This document shows positions 42,067 through 52,166 of a stretch of 64,000 nucleotides of DNA, piece by piece. The stretch covers positions 5,334-69,333 of the forward strand of contig CALINO010000034.1 in the NCBI GenBank assembly GCA_938045295.1, given 5' to 3'. This stretch comes from an uncultured Arenicella sp. Its GTDB lineage: Bacteria; Pseudomonadota; Gammaproteobacteria; Arenicellales; Arenicellaceae. Below the pieces are notes generated by a model. It searched no databases. It had not been told where the DNA came from and was given only the letters and a program-made list of their open reading frames with translations. How positions within the stretch are numbered: position 1 is the stretch's first letter; each line of letters starts with the position of its first letter. Both the position numbers and the translations under genes were made by a program.

Positions 42067-43044
42067 CTAAGCAAGTTTTACTAATGTCTTAAGGTCAACA
42101 CTGAAACCAGTGGCTGGGCGAGCGCGGCCAAAATGTTCGCCAATATGGTCGTAACGGCCACCTTTGGCTACCGTACGGCCACGCCCCGGTATATAGGCCG
42201 AATGCTTGATGCCGGTATAATAACGGTAGCCACTCACATCGGCCAAATCAACGTGAATATTGATCTGTGGATAAGCCTCTTGAATGGTGTTAGCAACATC
42301 TTCAAGATCTACCAATGCTTGTTCAACCGCCGTTATCTTAGGCAAAGCCTGCTTGGCATCTGCAATGGTCGACACTCCGCCCTGCAAGCCCAGCAAATCA
42401 ACGAACGAATCCAGAAGACCGTCTAAGTCGTTGTTTAGCTCGATCAAGTCAGGGCGCGATTTACGCATTAAAATGTCGTGCAATTGTGCTTTTTGCGCAA
42501 CATCAAGGTTATTTTCATCCACCAAAGTGCGGTAAATATCAATGTGCGCCAAACTTAAGGTGACATCGGCAAGGTTTAATTGCGCAATGTTCAGGCTGTC
42601 TAGCATTGCCGCAATCACTTCTTTGTCGGCGGCGGTGTCTTTGATGCCAAAAATTTCCACGCCGCATTGCAACAACTCACGTTGGCCACCCATTTCAGCC
42701 GCTTTAGCGCGTAATACAGTACTGGCATAGCACAAACGGTTGACCTCATTATTGGCCAAGTAATGCGAGTCAATACGCGCAATTTGCGGAGTAATGTCAG
42801 CACGAACACCTAACATGCGGTTGCTCTGCTGATCCATGAATTTGTAGGTTTGAGTATCTAACTCTTGGCCGGTTCCCGATAACAATGCATCGGCGAACTC
42901 CATTACGGGTGGCATTACGAGAGCAAAATTTTTAGCGGTGAAATCGTCGATAATCTTGCGGCGCAACATTTCGAGTTTCAACGCTTCATTAGGCAAGACT
43001 TCCTCAACACCTTCTGGAAGTAACCAGTTAGCGTTATTGACCAT
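42067..43044 (-). CDS. hisZ: ATP phosphoribosyltransferase regulatory subunit
   Basis: WLLPEGVEEVLP, GVRADITPQIARID, RELLQCGVEIFG, GGRYDHIGEHFGRARPATGFS; upstream of purA. Confidence 0.92.
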   Translation of the reverse strand: MVNNANWLLPEGVEEVLPNEALKLEMLRRKIIDDFTAKNFALVMPPVMEFADALLSGTGQELDTQTYKFMDQQSNRMLGVRADITPQIARIDSHYLANNEVNRLCYASTVLRAKAAEMGGQRELLQCGVEIFGIKDTAADKEVIAAMLDSLNIAQLNLADVTLSLAHIDIYRTLVDENNLDVAQKAQLHDILMRKSRPDLIELNNDLDGLLDSFVDLLGLQGGVSTIADAKQALPKITAVEQALVDLEDVANTIQEAYPQINIHVDLADVSGYRYYTGIKHSAYIPGRGRTVAKGGRYDHIGEHFGRARPATGFSVDLKTLVKLA

Positions 43045-43126
43045 GGCTGATCGCCTTCTCAAATAAGAATGGGTTAATTACGGGCGGATTATACTGGTAA
43101 GTGCGGCGTTAATATAGGCTTAATAT

Positions 43127-43176
43127 AAAAAACGGCTCAATGATCAACAATACAAGCTTGCGATCATGAGCCGTTT
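43127..43176 (-). terminator. Terminator after hflC
   Basis: Extended stem CGGCTCA/TGATC...GATCA/TGAGCCG with A6 on the plus strand, giving a U tract on the minus strand. Confidence 0.65.
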
Positions 43177-43209
43177 AACAGTAGCACTGCTAATTACTGA
43201 TTAAATTAA

Positions 43210-44076
43210 CTATTTTGTTGCACTATTAAAGTGCTTAAAGAAATCAGAATTAGGGTCTAAAATAATTAAGTCGCCTGATGAATTAAACGTTTCTCTGTAG
43301 GCATTTAAGCTACGGTAGAACTCGTAAAACTCAGCGTCTTGGCCAAATGAGTCGGCATAGACCTTGGTGGCTAAGGCATCGGCTTCACCGCGAATCAACT
43401 GTGCTTTTTTCTCAGCCTCAGCAATGAGTTCAACTTGAGTACGCTGGGCATTGGCTTCAATAGCAATCGCCTTCTCTTCACCCTGTGCACGCTTTTCGTT
43501 AGCAATACGCTTACGCTCAGAGCGCATACGATTGAACACTTCACCTTGAATTCGGTCGGCCAAATCAACTCGCTTTAAGCGAACATCAATGACTTCAACA
43601 CCGATTTCAACCGCTTCTTCGTCCAGCGCTTTTTGCACTACGCTCATGATCTCACTTCGATCACCGGCCACCACCTTTTCAGTGGTGCGCTTCGCTATTT
43701 GCTCTTTTAGGCTGTTGTTAATTTTTTGCTCTAAACGGCTTTCAGCTTTGCTTTGGGTACGAACCGCCGTATAGAACTTTTGCAAGTCTTTGATTTTCCA
43801 CTTAACAAAACTGTCCACCAAAATTTCTTCTTTGGTCACAGTAAAGAAATTTTCCGGCTTGCTGTCTAATGACTGAATACGCGTATCGTAGATTTTGTAC
43901 GTATTTACAAACGGAATTTTCCAATTTAAGCCTGGCTGCATTTCTTCGCCTTGAAACTGACCAAAGCGCAACTTCAAGCCACGCTCCCAGTGCTTAACGG
44001 TAAACAAGCTGCTGGCCGCTATTATCACGACCAAAGCAACGACAACCAGCCCTATATTTAAACTATTAGAACGCAT
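43210..44076 (-). CDS. hflC: FtsH modulator HflC
   Basis: SPFH domain, DVRLKRVDL, RMRSERKRIA, FYEFYRSLNAY. Confidence 0.95.
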   Translation of the reverse strand: MRSNSLNIGLVVVALVVIIAASSLFTVKHWERGLKLRFGQFQGEEMQPGLNWKIPFVNTYKIYDTRIQSLDSKPENFFTVTKEEILVDSFVKWKIKDLQKFYTAVRTQSKAESRLEQKINNSLKEQIAKRTTEKVVAGDRSEIMSVVQKALDEEAVEIGVEVIDVRLKRVDLADRIQGEVFNRMRSERKRIANEKRAQGEEKAIAIEANAQRTQVELIAEAEKKAQLIRGEADALATKVYADSFGQDAEFYEFYRSLNAYRETFNSSGDLIILDPNSDFFKHFNSATK

Positions 44077-45311
44077 TATCGGCCTCCTTTACGAATAAGT
44101 TCAACACGGTTATTGTCAGCACTGTTGTTATCAAAATTATCTAAAGAACTTGAATTAACCGACTCATTCGACAAAATATTGTCGGTGATTGAACGACGGC
44201 TGGATTGGCTGTTCGACGATGACCTTTGCTCAATGATTTTATCGATTGGCAAATAGGTTAAGGTGTTTCCGTTACCGCCTTGCTGGTCAATCATAACTTT
44301 GCTGCTATCGGCTAGTACGTCTTCCATTGTTTCAATGTATAAACGCTTTTTTGTAATCGCCGGTGCTTTTTGATATTCGGTTAAGATTTTATTAAACCGC
44401 TCAGCCTCACCTTGAGCTTCTGCCACCACCTTGGCTTTATACGCCTCGGCTTCTTGCAAAATACGCTCGGCTCGACCCCTTGCTTTTGGTACTAGACCAT
44501 TAGCGTAGGCTTCGGCTTTATTGATATACGTGATCTCTTCTTGGTCTGCTTTTACTACATCCGCAAAGGCTTCACTCACTTGCTGTGGTGGCTTCACGTC
44601 TTGTATTTCAATAGACTGAATTTTAATACCTGCAATATAACGGTTTAGAATAACCTGCAATAACTGCTTAGTGTCACTATCAACCACGGGTCGATCGGTG
44701 GTCATTACCGCGTCCATTTCAGAGCGGCCAACCACTTCGCGTAAGGCACTTTCAGTAGCACTTCGAACCACTTGCTCAATAATTTGGCTACCGACGCGCT
44801 CACTGCCTTCAAAACTGCCAACATTAAACAGCATGTCTTCAAGAGATTCGATGGTGTATTGAACCGCCATAGTGACGTCAACCACGTTCAAGTCTCGAGT
44901 CAGCATTAAAGCTTCATCAGGGCGAGAAGCGCCAGAACGGTAACCGACTTCTACGGTTCTTACGGTTTGCGTATCGAACAGTATTTTCTGATCAATGGGC
45001 CAAAACATAAAATTAAGGCCTGCATCTTCGTGTGATTCACTCAGCTCACCGAATCGCAATTCGATGCTCTGGTAACCCTCATCAATTTGATAAAAGGATT
45101 GATACATCCAATAGAAAAACACAAACACTAACAGCAATATCAACGGTAATGTTGCACCGCCCCCGCCTGAGCCAGAGCCGCCGCCAAAACGTTTTCTTAA
45201 ATTGCTTACAATTTCATCGATGTCTGGGTTTTGCCCACCACGATTTCGATTACCATTACCCCAAGGATCTTTGTCGCCATTATTCCCTGAGCCCGGTTCA
45301 TTCCAAGGCAT
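44076..45311 (-). CDS. hflK: FtsH modulator HflK
   Basis: MPWNEPG, LMLTRDLNVVDV, AYANGLVPKARG, RLYIETME. Confidence 0.95.
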   Translation of the reverse strand: MPWNEPGSGNNGDKDPWGNGNRNRGGQNPDIDEIVSNLRKRFGGGSGSGGGGATLPLILLLVFVFFYWMYQSFYQIDEGYQSIELRFGELSESHEDAGLNFMFWPIDQKILFDTQTVRTVEVGYRSGASRPDEALMLTRDLNVVDVTMAVQYTIESLEDMLFNVGSFEGSERVGSQIIEQVVRSATESALREVVGRSEMDAVMTTDRPVVDSDTKQLLQVILNRYIAGIKIQSIEIQDVKPPQQVSEAFADVVKADQEEITYINKAEAYANGLVPKARGRAERILQEAEAYKAKVVAEAQGEAERFNKILTEYQKAPAITKKRLYIETMEDVLADSSKVMIDQQGGNGNTLTYLPIDKIIEQRSSSNSQSSRRSITDNILSNESVNSSSLDNFDNNSADNNRVELIRKGGR

Positions 45312-45386
45312 TATGAGTCTCCGAAAGAAGAGTTTATAGTTAAACGATCAACCACTAGTTTAACAAACTAATGATGAATAAAACGA

Positions 45387-46670
45387 TTATAAGAGTTCAA
45401 TAACATCAACATTTGGCTGTTTTTTTAGCCACCCCATGTCAGCTGGCGACATATCGCAGTCTAAACTGAATGAGCCATCTTCATGCACTGACTCACTTTT
45501 TACCACGCTTTTTCGATACAACTGGGCGCGCAACTTGCCATTACTTGTTGGTAAAACAATGCGGCACCGAGTGTGCAGCCGAGATAAATGTTCAGTGATG
45601 GCCTGCAACAACAAGTCAACACCTTCGCCACTGTGGGCAGAGCACCAAACCCGATCAATTAGCCCAGCGCTGTTACGCACCACTTTGGGCGGCGTGTCAG
45701 TAAGGTCAATCTTATTGTAAACCATGATGCTCGGTATATCCGACGCTTCGATTTCTTTAAGCACTTTATCAACTTCACTAATGCACTCATCACGATAATA
45801 ACTGGCCACATCAACCACGTGCAGCAATAAATGAGCATTACTGACTTCTTCTAAGGTTGAATGAAAGGCCTGCACTAAGGAGTGAGGCAAATTGCGAATG
45901 AATCCAACGGTGTCGGATAAAATGGCATCACCAAATTCGTCCAATGCCACTCGACGCATGGTGGTATCAAGCGTGGCAAAGAGCTGGTCTTGAGCGTAGA
46001 CCTTGGCGTTGGTTATGTGATTAAACAACGACGACTTTCCGGCGTTGGTATAACCAACCAAGGACACTGTCGGCACAGGCACTTTAGCACGCGACTTACG
46101 GCGCAATTGGCGCTGCCCAGACACAACTTCAAGGCGCTTATTTAACGCTTTAATACGGTGACCGATTAAACGTCGGTCAGTTTCAAGCTGGGTCTCACCC
46201 GGGCCACGTAAGCCAATACCGCCTTTTTGCCGCTCAAGGTGAGTCCAACCGCGCACTAAACGCGTTGAAATGTGTTGAAGCTGAGCGAGTTCAACTTGCA
46301 GCTTACCTTCGTGGCTGGTTGCTCGTTGCGCAAAAATATCTAAAATTAAGCCGGTTCTATCCAGAACACGAACTTTAAGCGCACGCTCAAGATTACGCTC
46401 TTGAATCGGGGATATTGAATGATTTAATACGACCAGATCGATGTCGTTCGCGGCCACTTCACTTTTAATTTCTTCTAGCTTGCCTTTGCCAATAAACGTG
46501 GCCGGGTCAGGAGTTCGACGAAACGCGGTTAACGTTGACAACACCGTGGCGCCTGCTGACTGTGCAAGCAAGCGAATTTCTTCGAGGATTTCAGTGTCCT
46601 CGTTCGACGTGTCACGCTGGTAAATTATTAGAGCATTAGGCTGAGCCTTACTCTCGGATATATCAAACAA
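45387..46670 (-). CDS. hflX: Ribosome rescue GTPase HflX
   Basis: ILDIFAQRA, GPGETQLETDRR, GYTNAGKS, LFATLD, DTVGFIR, NKID. Confidence 0.97.
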   Translation of the reverse strand: MFDISESKAQPNALIIYQRDTSNEDTEILEEIRLLAQSAGATVLSTLTAFRRTPDPATFIGKGKLEEIKSEVAANDIDLVVLNHSISPIQERNLERALKVRVLDRTGLILDIFAQRATSHEGKLQVELAQLQHISTRLVRGWTHLERQKGGIGLRGPGETQLETDRRLIGHRIKALNKRLEVVSGQRQLRRKSRAKVPVPTVSLVGYTNAGKSSLFNHITNAKVYAQDQLFATLDTTMRRVALDEFGDAILSDTVGFIRNLPHSLVQAFHSTLEEVSNAHLLLHVVDVASYYRDECISEVDKVLKEIEASDIPSIMVYNKIDLTDTPPKVVRNSAGLIDRVWCSAHSGEGVDLLLQAITEHLSRLHTRCRIVLPTSNGKLRAQLYRKSVVKSESVHEDGSFSLDCDMSPADMGWLKKQPNVDVIELL

Positions 46671-46759
46671 ATTGGTAAGCTTGGCTATTTGCTAATAAAA
46701 CAATCAAATCAGAAGCCCAATCAGGCTAACACGTGAGTTTTAGAGCTTGTAAAGCAATA

Positions 46760-46996
46760 TTAATCTGCGTTTTCCAAATCAATTTTGACTGCTTTTGCAG
46801 GCACAACTGTGGACACTGCATGCTTATAAATCATTTGGTTTACAGTATTTCGCAACACAATGACAAACTGGTCAAATGACTCGACCTGACCTTGCAATTT
46901 AATGCCATTAACTAAGTAAATAGAAACGGGAATTCTTTCCTTTCTTAGCGCGTTAAGGAAAGGGTCTTGTAGCGCTGTTCCTTTGTTTTGTGCCAT
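46760..46996 (-). CDS. hfq: RNA chaperone Hfq
   Basis: [38 protein letters not shown]. Confidence 0.98.
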   Translation of the reverse strand: MAQNKGTALQDPFLNALRKERIPVSIYLVNGIKLQGQVESFDQFVIVLRNTVNQMIYKHAVSTVVPAKAVKIDLENAD

Positions 46997-47138
46997 TTTT
47001 TATTATTCTCTTTTTACTAATTTTTATATCTGTTAACAACTGCAGTCAAACGAGTTACGTGCGCAAAAGGTTGTTGCTTAGCTGTTTTTTTCAACCCTTT
47101 ACGCCGTTTCATTCGATTATAGTCTACTTAATGTCTGC

Positions 47139-48125
47139 TTATGTGTGATTTATTAACAATAATTCTAAATTTCTTTGTATTAAATCAATTAATAACGGGA
47201 AACTGACGGCTTCAAGACCTTCATCCATCCACCAAAGCACATTAGATTGGTTACGCAACCAAGTTAATTGACGCTTTGCGAGTTGACGAGTGGCCGCGAC
47301 GCCTTTTTGCTTCATTATTTCGTATGTAAGGTCACCTTGTAAATATTCAAGCATTTGTCGATACCCAATCATTCTCATCGACGATGCTTGAGGGTCAACC
47401 CCTTGATTCAACAGCCCTTCTACTTCAGCTTGCAGCCCCCGCTCGAGCATAATGTCAAAACGCCGCTCAATACGATCATGCAGCACTGGCCGCTGAGAAA
47501 ACGCCAATGCCACCTTAAACATGGGGTTGCTGATGGGGGGCTTTCGGTGTACGTCATGCTCGGCCACGGTTTTACCACTGCTGAGCACAATTTCTAATGC
47601 CCGCTGAATGCGCTGGGCGTCCATCGGGTCTATTCGTTTTGCACTGCCCTCATCGAGTGCCGCCAACCGCTCATGCTGCTTCGGCCAACCGGTGCGCTCA
47701 GCGTCTTCGGTAATCGCGGCACGTAGCTCTTGATTTGCTTTAGGTAAATTGCTCAACCCGTGCTCTAAAGCATTGAAATAAAACATGGTTCCACCGGCCA
47801 ACACGGGCACCTTACCTTCAGCGGTGATGTCACGAATAGCGGCCGTGCAATCGTCATAAAAGTCAGCCACTGAATACGTATCGTTGGGGTGACGAACGTT
47901 AACCAAATGATGCGGGTATTGGGATAAAAATGCATCATCGGGCTTGGCGGTGCCAATGTTCATGTCGTTGTACACTAACGACGAATCAACACTGATGATG
48001 CTGGAGCTAAAGGCTTCTGTGCATTGCGCAGCGGCGTCGGTCTTGCCGGTGGCGGTTGGCCCCATCAAGCACACAACCGGAATTCTCTCTGCCCTGCTTT
48101 GGTTGAGCAAAAGATCACTGACCAC
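47139..48125 (-). CDS. miaA: tRNA dimethylallyltransferase
   Basis: GPTATGKT, SVDSSLVY, GTAKP, GGTMFY, TRQLAKRQLTWLR. Confidence 0.97.
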   Translation of the reverse strand: MVSDLLLNQSRAERIPVVCLMGPTATGKTDAAAQCTEAFSSSIISVDSSLVYNDMNIGTAKPDDAFLSQYPHHLVNVRHPNDTYSVADFYDDCTAAIRDITAEGKVPVLAGGTMFYFNALEHGLSNLPKANQELRAAITEDAERTGWPKQHERLAALDEGSAKRIDPMDAQRIQRALEIVLSSGKTVAEHDVHRKPPISNPMFKVALAFSQRPVLHDRIERRFDIMLERGLQAEVEGLLNQGVDPQASSMRMIGYRQMLEYLQGDLTYEIMKQKGVAATRQLAKRQLTWLRNQSNVLWWMDEGLEAVSFPLLIDLIQRNLELLLINHT

Positions 48126-50031
48126 GCTTAAACCACCCGTCTAATTGATTGAGTGACATTTGCACCCATGTTGGGCGCCCGTGGTTGCACTGCCCGCTAC
48201 GCTCAGTGGCTTCCATATCTCGCAACAAAGCGTTCATCTCAGCAATAGATAACAACCTGTTGGCTCTTACCGAGCCATGACAGGCCATGGACGACAACAT
48301 TTCATGAATGGTTTCTTCAATTCGTGAGCTGTGCTCGTGCGCCACTAAATCGGCCAACACATCGCGCACTAATTGAGACACATCGGCTTGCGCCAACATG
48401 TCCGGCACGCTTCGAATTACCAACACAGCCTCGTCCATTTGCTCTATTTCCAAACCTAATTCTGCAAATAAACCAGCCTGCTCTTTCCAAGCCATCATTT
48501 CAGTCTCACTGACTTGAATGGTCACCGGCACCAACAACGGTTGCTGCCTTATCGTTGCCTCGCTTCTGTCTTGCTTTAAGCGTTCATAGGTGATTCTTTC
48601 ATGCGCGGCATGCATGTCTACCAGCACCAAACCTTCGGCATTTTCAGCCAAGATGTACACGCCCTTAAGCTGCGCTAAGGCATAACCCAGCGGTGGAATT
48701 TCATCATTATGTTCAGTTGACTCAGACGCATTGAATTTAGCCGAGCCATACGAACTTTGCGAACTATAGCTTGGCGAATTTGGCACAGACCCCTCAGGAG
48801 CATTGGGCCTGAATGCCGATTCAGCAATACTTGAATAACCGGCTATTTGCTCACGAATTTGTTGCTGACTTAAGGCTTGCCCCGCTTGGTGAGACGCTCG
48901 ATCTTGATAATGAATGGCGTTTTGCTGAGTGATCTGCTCACTGTTCAGTGACGGAGTCATCGGTTTGGGCGCAGCAATGCCATGCTCAGCATCGACCGTT
49001 AAACTGCCGGCATCACTGGCGCTCACCCCTACTTGTTTTTGCAAAGCACGAAAGATGAAACTATGCACGCTACGACTGTCTCGAAAACGCACCTCGTGCT
49101 TGGTCGGGTGCACGTTCACATCAACGCCTGCTGGGTCCATTTCTAAATACAACACATACACGGGGTGGCGACCGTGAAATAGCACATCTTGATAGCCTAA
49201 ACGCACAGCGTGCACAATGGTTTTATCTCGAATCAAGCGGCCATTCAAAAAGAAGTATTGCATGTCTGCTTGGCTGCGAGAGAAACTAGGCAACCCAGCC
49301 CAACCACTCAGGCGCATGTCTTCGCGTTGATCTTCAAAGTACACGCTATTATCTGGCACATTGTCGCCACACACCATTTTAATCCGGCGCGGGTCATCGG
49401 CTTTTAAGGTCGGTAAATGCAACACCACCCGCCCGTTATGAGACAACTTAAACGCCACATCAAACCGTGACAATGCCATTTTTCTTACCACTTGATCTAG
49501 GTGTTTAAATTCCGTGGTATCAGTACGCAAAAATTTGCGTCGTGCAGGGGTGTTATAAAACAGATCTCGAGTTTCAATGGTAGTGCCAACCGGGTGCGCA
49601 ACCGGCACGGCTTCGCTGGTTAAGTTATTACCATCACTGGAAACCATCCAAGCTTGATCTGAGCCTTGCTCACGGCTTTTGATTGTCATTCGCGTGACCG
49701 AGGCGATACTCGGCAAGGCCTCACCACGAAACCCCAAAGTGGCAATTTGCTCTAAATCATTCAGGTTTTCGATTTTGCTGGTGGCATGGCGCGACAACGC
49801 CATGGCCAAATCATGTTTTAAAATACCATGGCCATTGTCGGTGATTTTTAACCGTTTAACGCCGGCATTTTCAACCTCAATATCAATGCTGGTCGCGCCC
49901 GCATCCAGCGCATTTTCAATGAGTTCTTTAAGCATTGATGCCGGGCGCTCAATGATTTCGCCGGCGGCAATTTGATTCACCAAACGAGGGTCTAATGAGC
50001 GAATTCTATTTTGCATTGTCTCTGATGACAT
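48115..50031 (-). CDS. mutL: DNA mismatch repair protein MutL
   Basis: NQIAAGEIIERP, GFRGEALPSI, DVNVHPTK; endonuclease motifs DMHAAHERITYE, ACHGSVRAN and CNHGRP. Confidence 0.98.
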   Translation of the reverse strand: MSSETMQNRIRSLDPRLVNQIAAGEIIERPASMLKELIENALDAGATSIDIEVENAGVKRLKITDNGHGILKHDLAMALSRHATSKIENLNDLEQIATLGFRGEALPSIASVTRMTIKSREQGSDQAWMVSSDGNNLTSEAVPVAHPVGTTIETRDLFYNTPARRKFLRTDTTEFKHLDQVVRKMALSRFDVAFKLSHNGRVVLHLPTLKADDPRRIKMVCGDNVPDNSVYFEDQREDMRLSGWAGLPSFSRSQADMQYFFLNGRLIRDKTIVHAVRLGYQDVLFHGRHPVYVLYLEMDPAGVDVNVHPTKHEVRFRDSRSVHSFIFRALQKQVGVSASDAGSLTVDAEHGIAAPKPMTPSLNSEQITQQNAIHYQDRASHQAGQALSQQQIREQIAGYSSIAESAFRPNAPEGSVPNSPSYSSQSSYGSAKFNASESTEHNDEIPPLGYALAQLKGVYILAENAEGLVLVDMHAAHERITYERLKQDRSEATIRQQPLLVPVTIQVSETEMMAWKEQAGLFAELGLEIEQMDEAVLVIRSVPDMLAQADVSQLVRDVLADLVAHEHSSRIEETIHEMLSSMACHGSVRANRLLSIAEMNALLRDMEATERSGQCNHGRPTWVQMSLNQLDGWFKRGQ

Positions 50032-50045
50032 GAATAGTGAGTGTT

Positions 50046-51938
50046 CTAAATTGGAATAATCAATACCTGCCCTAATTGGACGGTATTTGATCGTAGCTTA
50101 TTGGCTTTCTTTATCTTTTGCATATTGGAATTATAACGTTCCGCAATTTCAGACAAAGTGTCACCACGTTTTACTTTGTGTGTGCGTATTTTTTTAACCG
50201 CCGCAGTGTTATTGGCAGCACCACCAATACGCAGTTTTTGCCCAACATAAAGTGTATTTTTGGTTAATTTATTATCGCGTTTTATCGCGCGAATAGTGAC
50301 GTTATATTTGGCTGAAATATGCGACAAGGACTCACCACTGCGCACTGTATGCGTCACCGTTTTACGGCTAGCAGACTTAGCAACGTTATTCGACGTTGCG
50401 CCCGATACCGGCACCTTCAAACGCACACCCAACATGGCGGTATTGTGTTTTATCTTATTTAGCCTTTTTAATTCTCGCAAGGTAATGCCGTATTTTTGCG
50501 CTATGGTGGACAGAGAATCGCCCCGCACTACTTTGTGCCGACCGTATTTAACTGAGCGATTTACCGTTTTCGTGTTGTTTTTACCGCCCGATGAATTCGC
50601 GATAGAAGGCGAACCGTAACGAGTTCGGCTGGCGTAAGGCGTTTGCAGGTAATAATCATTCACCGCACTGTAAATAGCGTTGGCTAAACTGGTTTGATAC
50701 TTATCTGAACGCAGCCGACGCTCTTCTTCAGGGTTGGTAATAAAGCCGGTTTCTACCAAAATAGACGGAATATCTGGGGTTTTTAATACCGCAAATGCGG
50801 CTTGCTCAACACGGCGGCTGTGCAAATGCCCGAGCTTGCCTAATTCGGCCAATACCCGCCCACCCAAGTTGACGCTTTCACTGATGGTGTTGGTCATTGA
50901 CAAATCCACCAGCACTTTCGCCAACACGTCATCTTTATCAGCCAAAGTAACACCACCAATCAAATCAGACGCATTCTCTTTGTCAGCCAAGGCTTGCGCC
51001 ATCGCACTGGTTGCGCCTTTTTGTGACAATGCAAACACAGACATGCCTCGCGCACTCTTTTTACCAAATGCATCGGCATGAATAGAAATAAACACATCCG
51101 CATCAATCTGTTTGGCTTTAGAGCGCCGGTCATGCAACTTGATATAGTAATCGGCAGTACGCACCAACACGGCTCTCATTTGAGTGTTTCGGTTAATGCG
51201 CTGCTGCAATTTTTTGGCAATTGCCAAGGTAAGTTTTTTCTCTCGAGTGCCACGATGACCGATTGCACCAGGGTCATCACCGCCATGGCCAGCATCAATG
51301 GCGATAGTGAACGGCTTAATCACCTCATTATCGGCACTTAAGGTAACTTCACGAGGTGATGGCAGTGCCGTTTGCTCAACCGGTAGTGATAAGTTGGGGT
51401 CACCTAAACTTGCTTCATCATTTGAGTCGACTTGTGTAGAAACAACCCCAGTTTTGGCAGGCCGGCCTTCATCAGTTAAATCAATCACCAAACGATGACC
51501 GTACAGCTCATTAGGTGTTAATACAAAGCTATTGATGTTGACCTGGTTTTTTAGATCGAACACAAGCCGCAACACACCTTTCGATGGCCGACCAGAACGC
51601 ACCGATAACAAATGGCGATTATCTTGTTTTAATTTAGGCAGACTCACCGACAAATCCGCCTGATTCAAGTCCACCACTAAACGACGAGGGTTTGATAACA
51701 AGAAGGTTTTGTATTTCACCCCCGCAGATACATCAAATACAATGCGAGTGTTGTCAGGCGAATGCCAAATTCGTAAATTATCGACCGTTTGTTGTTGCGC
51801 CCAAGAAAACACAGGCAGCATCAAAAAAACAATAAAAGCCCAACCACGCAGGGTTAGTCTTGCTGTACGCTTAAGTGAGGAATGATGTATGACATTCTCC
51901 CTCCTAATTTTATGCTGACTTACTGCACGTTGATACAC
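50046..51938 (-). CDS. amiB: N-acetylmuramoyl-L-alanine amidase (AMIN + Amidase_3 + 3 LysM)
   Basis: RIVFD/RLVVDL AMIN repeats, DAGHGGDDPGA, SIHAD, LVETGFITN, three LysM motifs (VxxGDSL). Start uncertain. Confidence 0.93.
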   Translation of the reverse strand: MYQRAVSQHKIRRENVIHHSSLKRTARLTLRGWAFIVFLMLPVFSWAQQQTVDNLRIWHSPDNTRIVFDVSAGVKYKTFLLSNPRRLVVDLNQADLSVSLPKLKQDNRHLLSVRSGRPSKGVLRLVFDLKNQVNINSFVLTPNELYGHRLVIDLTDEGRPAKTGVVSTQVDSNDEASLGDPNLSLPVEQTALPSPREVTLSADNEVIKPFTIAIDAGHGGDDPGAIGHRGTREKKLTLAIAKKLQQRINRNTQMRAVLVRTADYYIKLHDRRSKAKQIDADVFISIHADAFGKKSARGMSVFALSQKGATSAMAQALADKENASDLIGGVTLADKDDVLAKVLVDLSMTNTISESVNLGGRVLAELGKLGHLHSRRVEQAAFAVLKTPDIPSILVETGFITNPEEERRLRSDKYQTSLANAIYSAVNDYYLQTPYASRTRYGSPSIANSSGGKNNTKTVNRSVKYGRHKVVRGDSLSTIAQKYGITLRELKRLNKIKHNTAMLGVRLKVPVSGATSNNVAKSASRKTVTHTVRSGESLSHISAKYNVTIRAIKRDNKLTKNTLYVGQKLRIGGAANNTAAVKKIRTHKVKRGDTLSEIAERYNSNMQKIKKANKLRSNTVQLGQVLIIPI

Positions 51939-52109
51939 GATAGATGCACAATAGTTATTATTCTAAATATGGTTCGATTACATCAGTTTTTTACAACTAT
52001 AGCGAGCATTAATACCACCTTTATAAATGAGCAAAATTTAACACTCCAAGCTAAATCTATGACATAAATAATAGCGGTAAAGAGAAACTTCAATCGGCCA
52101 TATCAGAAT

Positions 52110-52140
52110 AAAAAAAGCGCCAATGTATTGGCGCTTTTTT
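52110..52140. terminator. Symmetric terminator after the protease gene
   Basis: AAAAAAAGCGCCAAT-gt-ATTGGCGCTTTTTT. Confidence 0.85.
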
Positions 52141-52166
52141 GTGTATTAAATATACCTAGAGGCGGA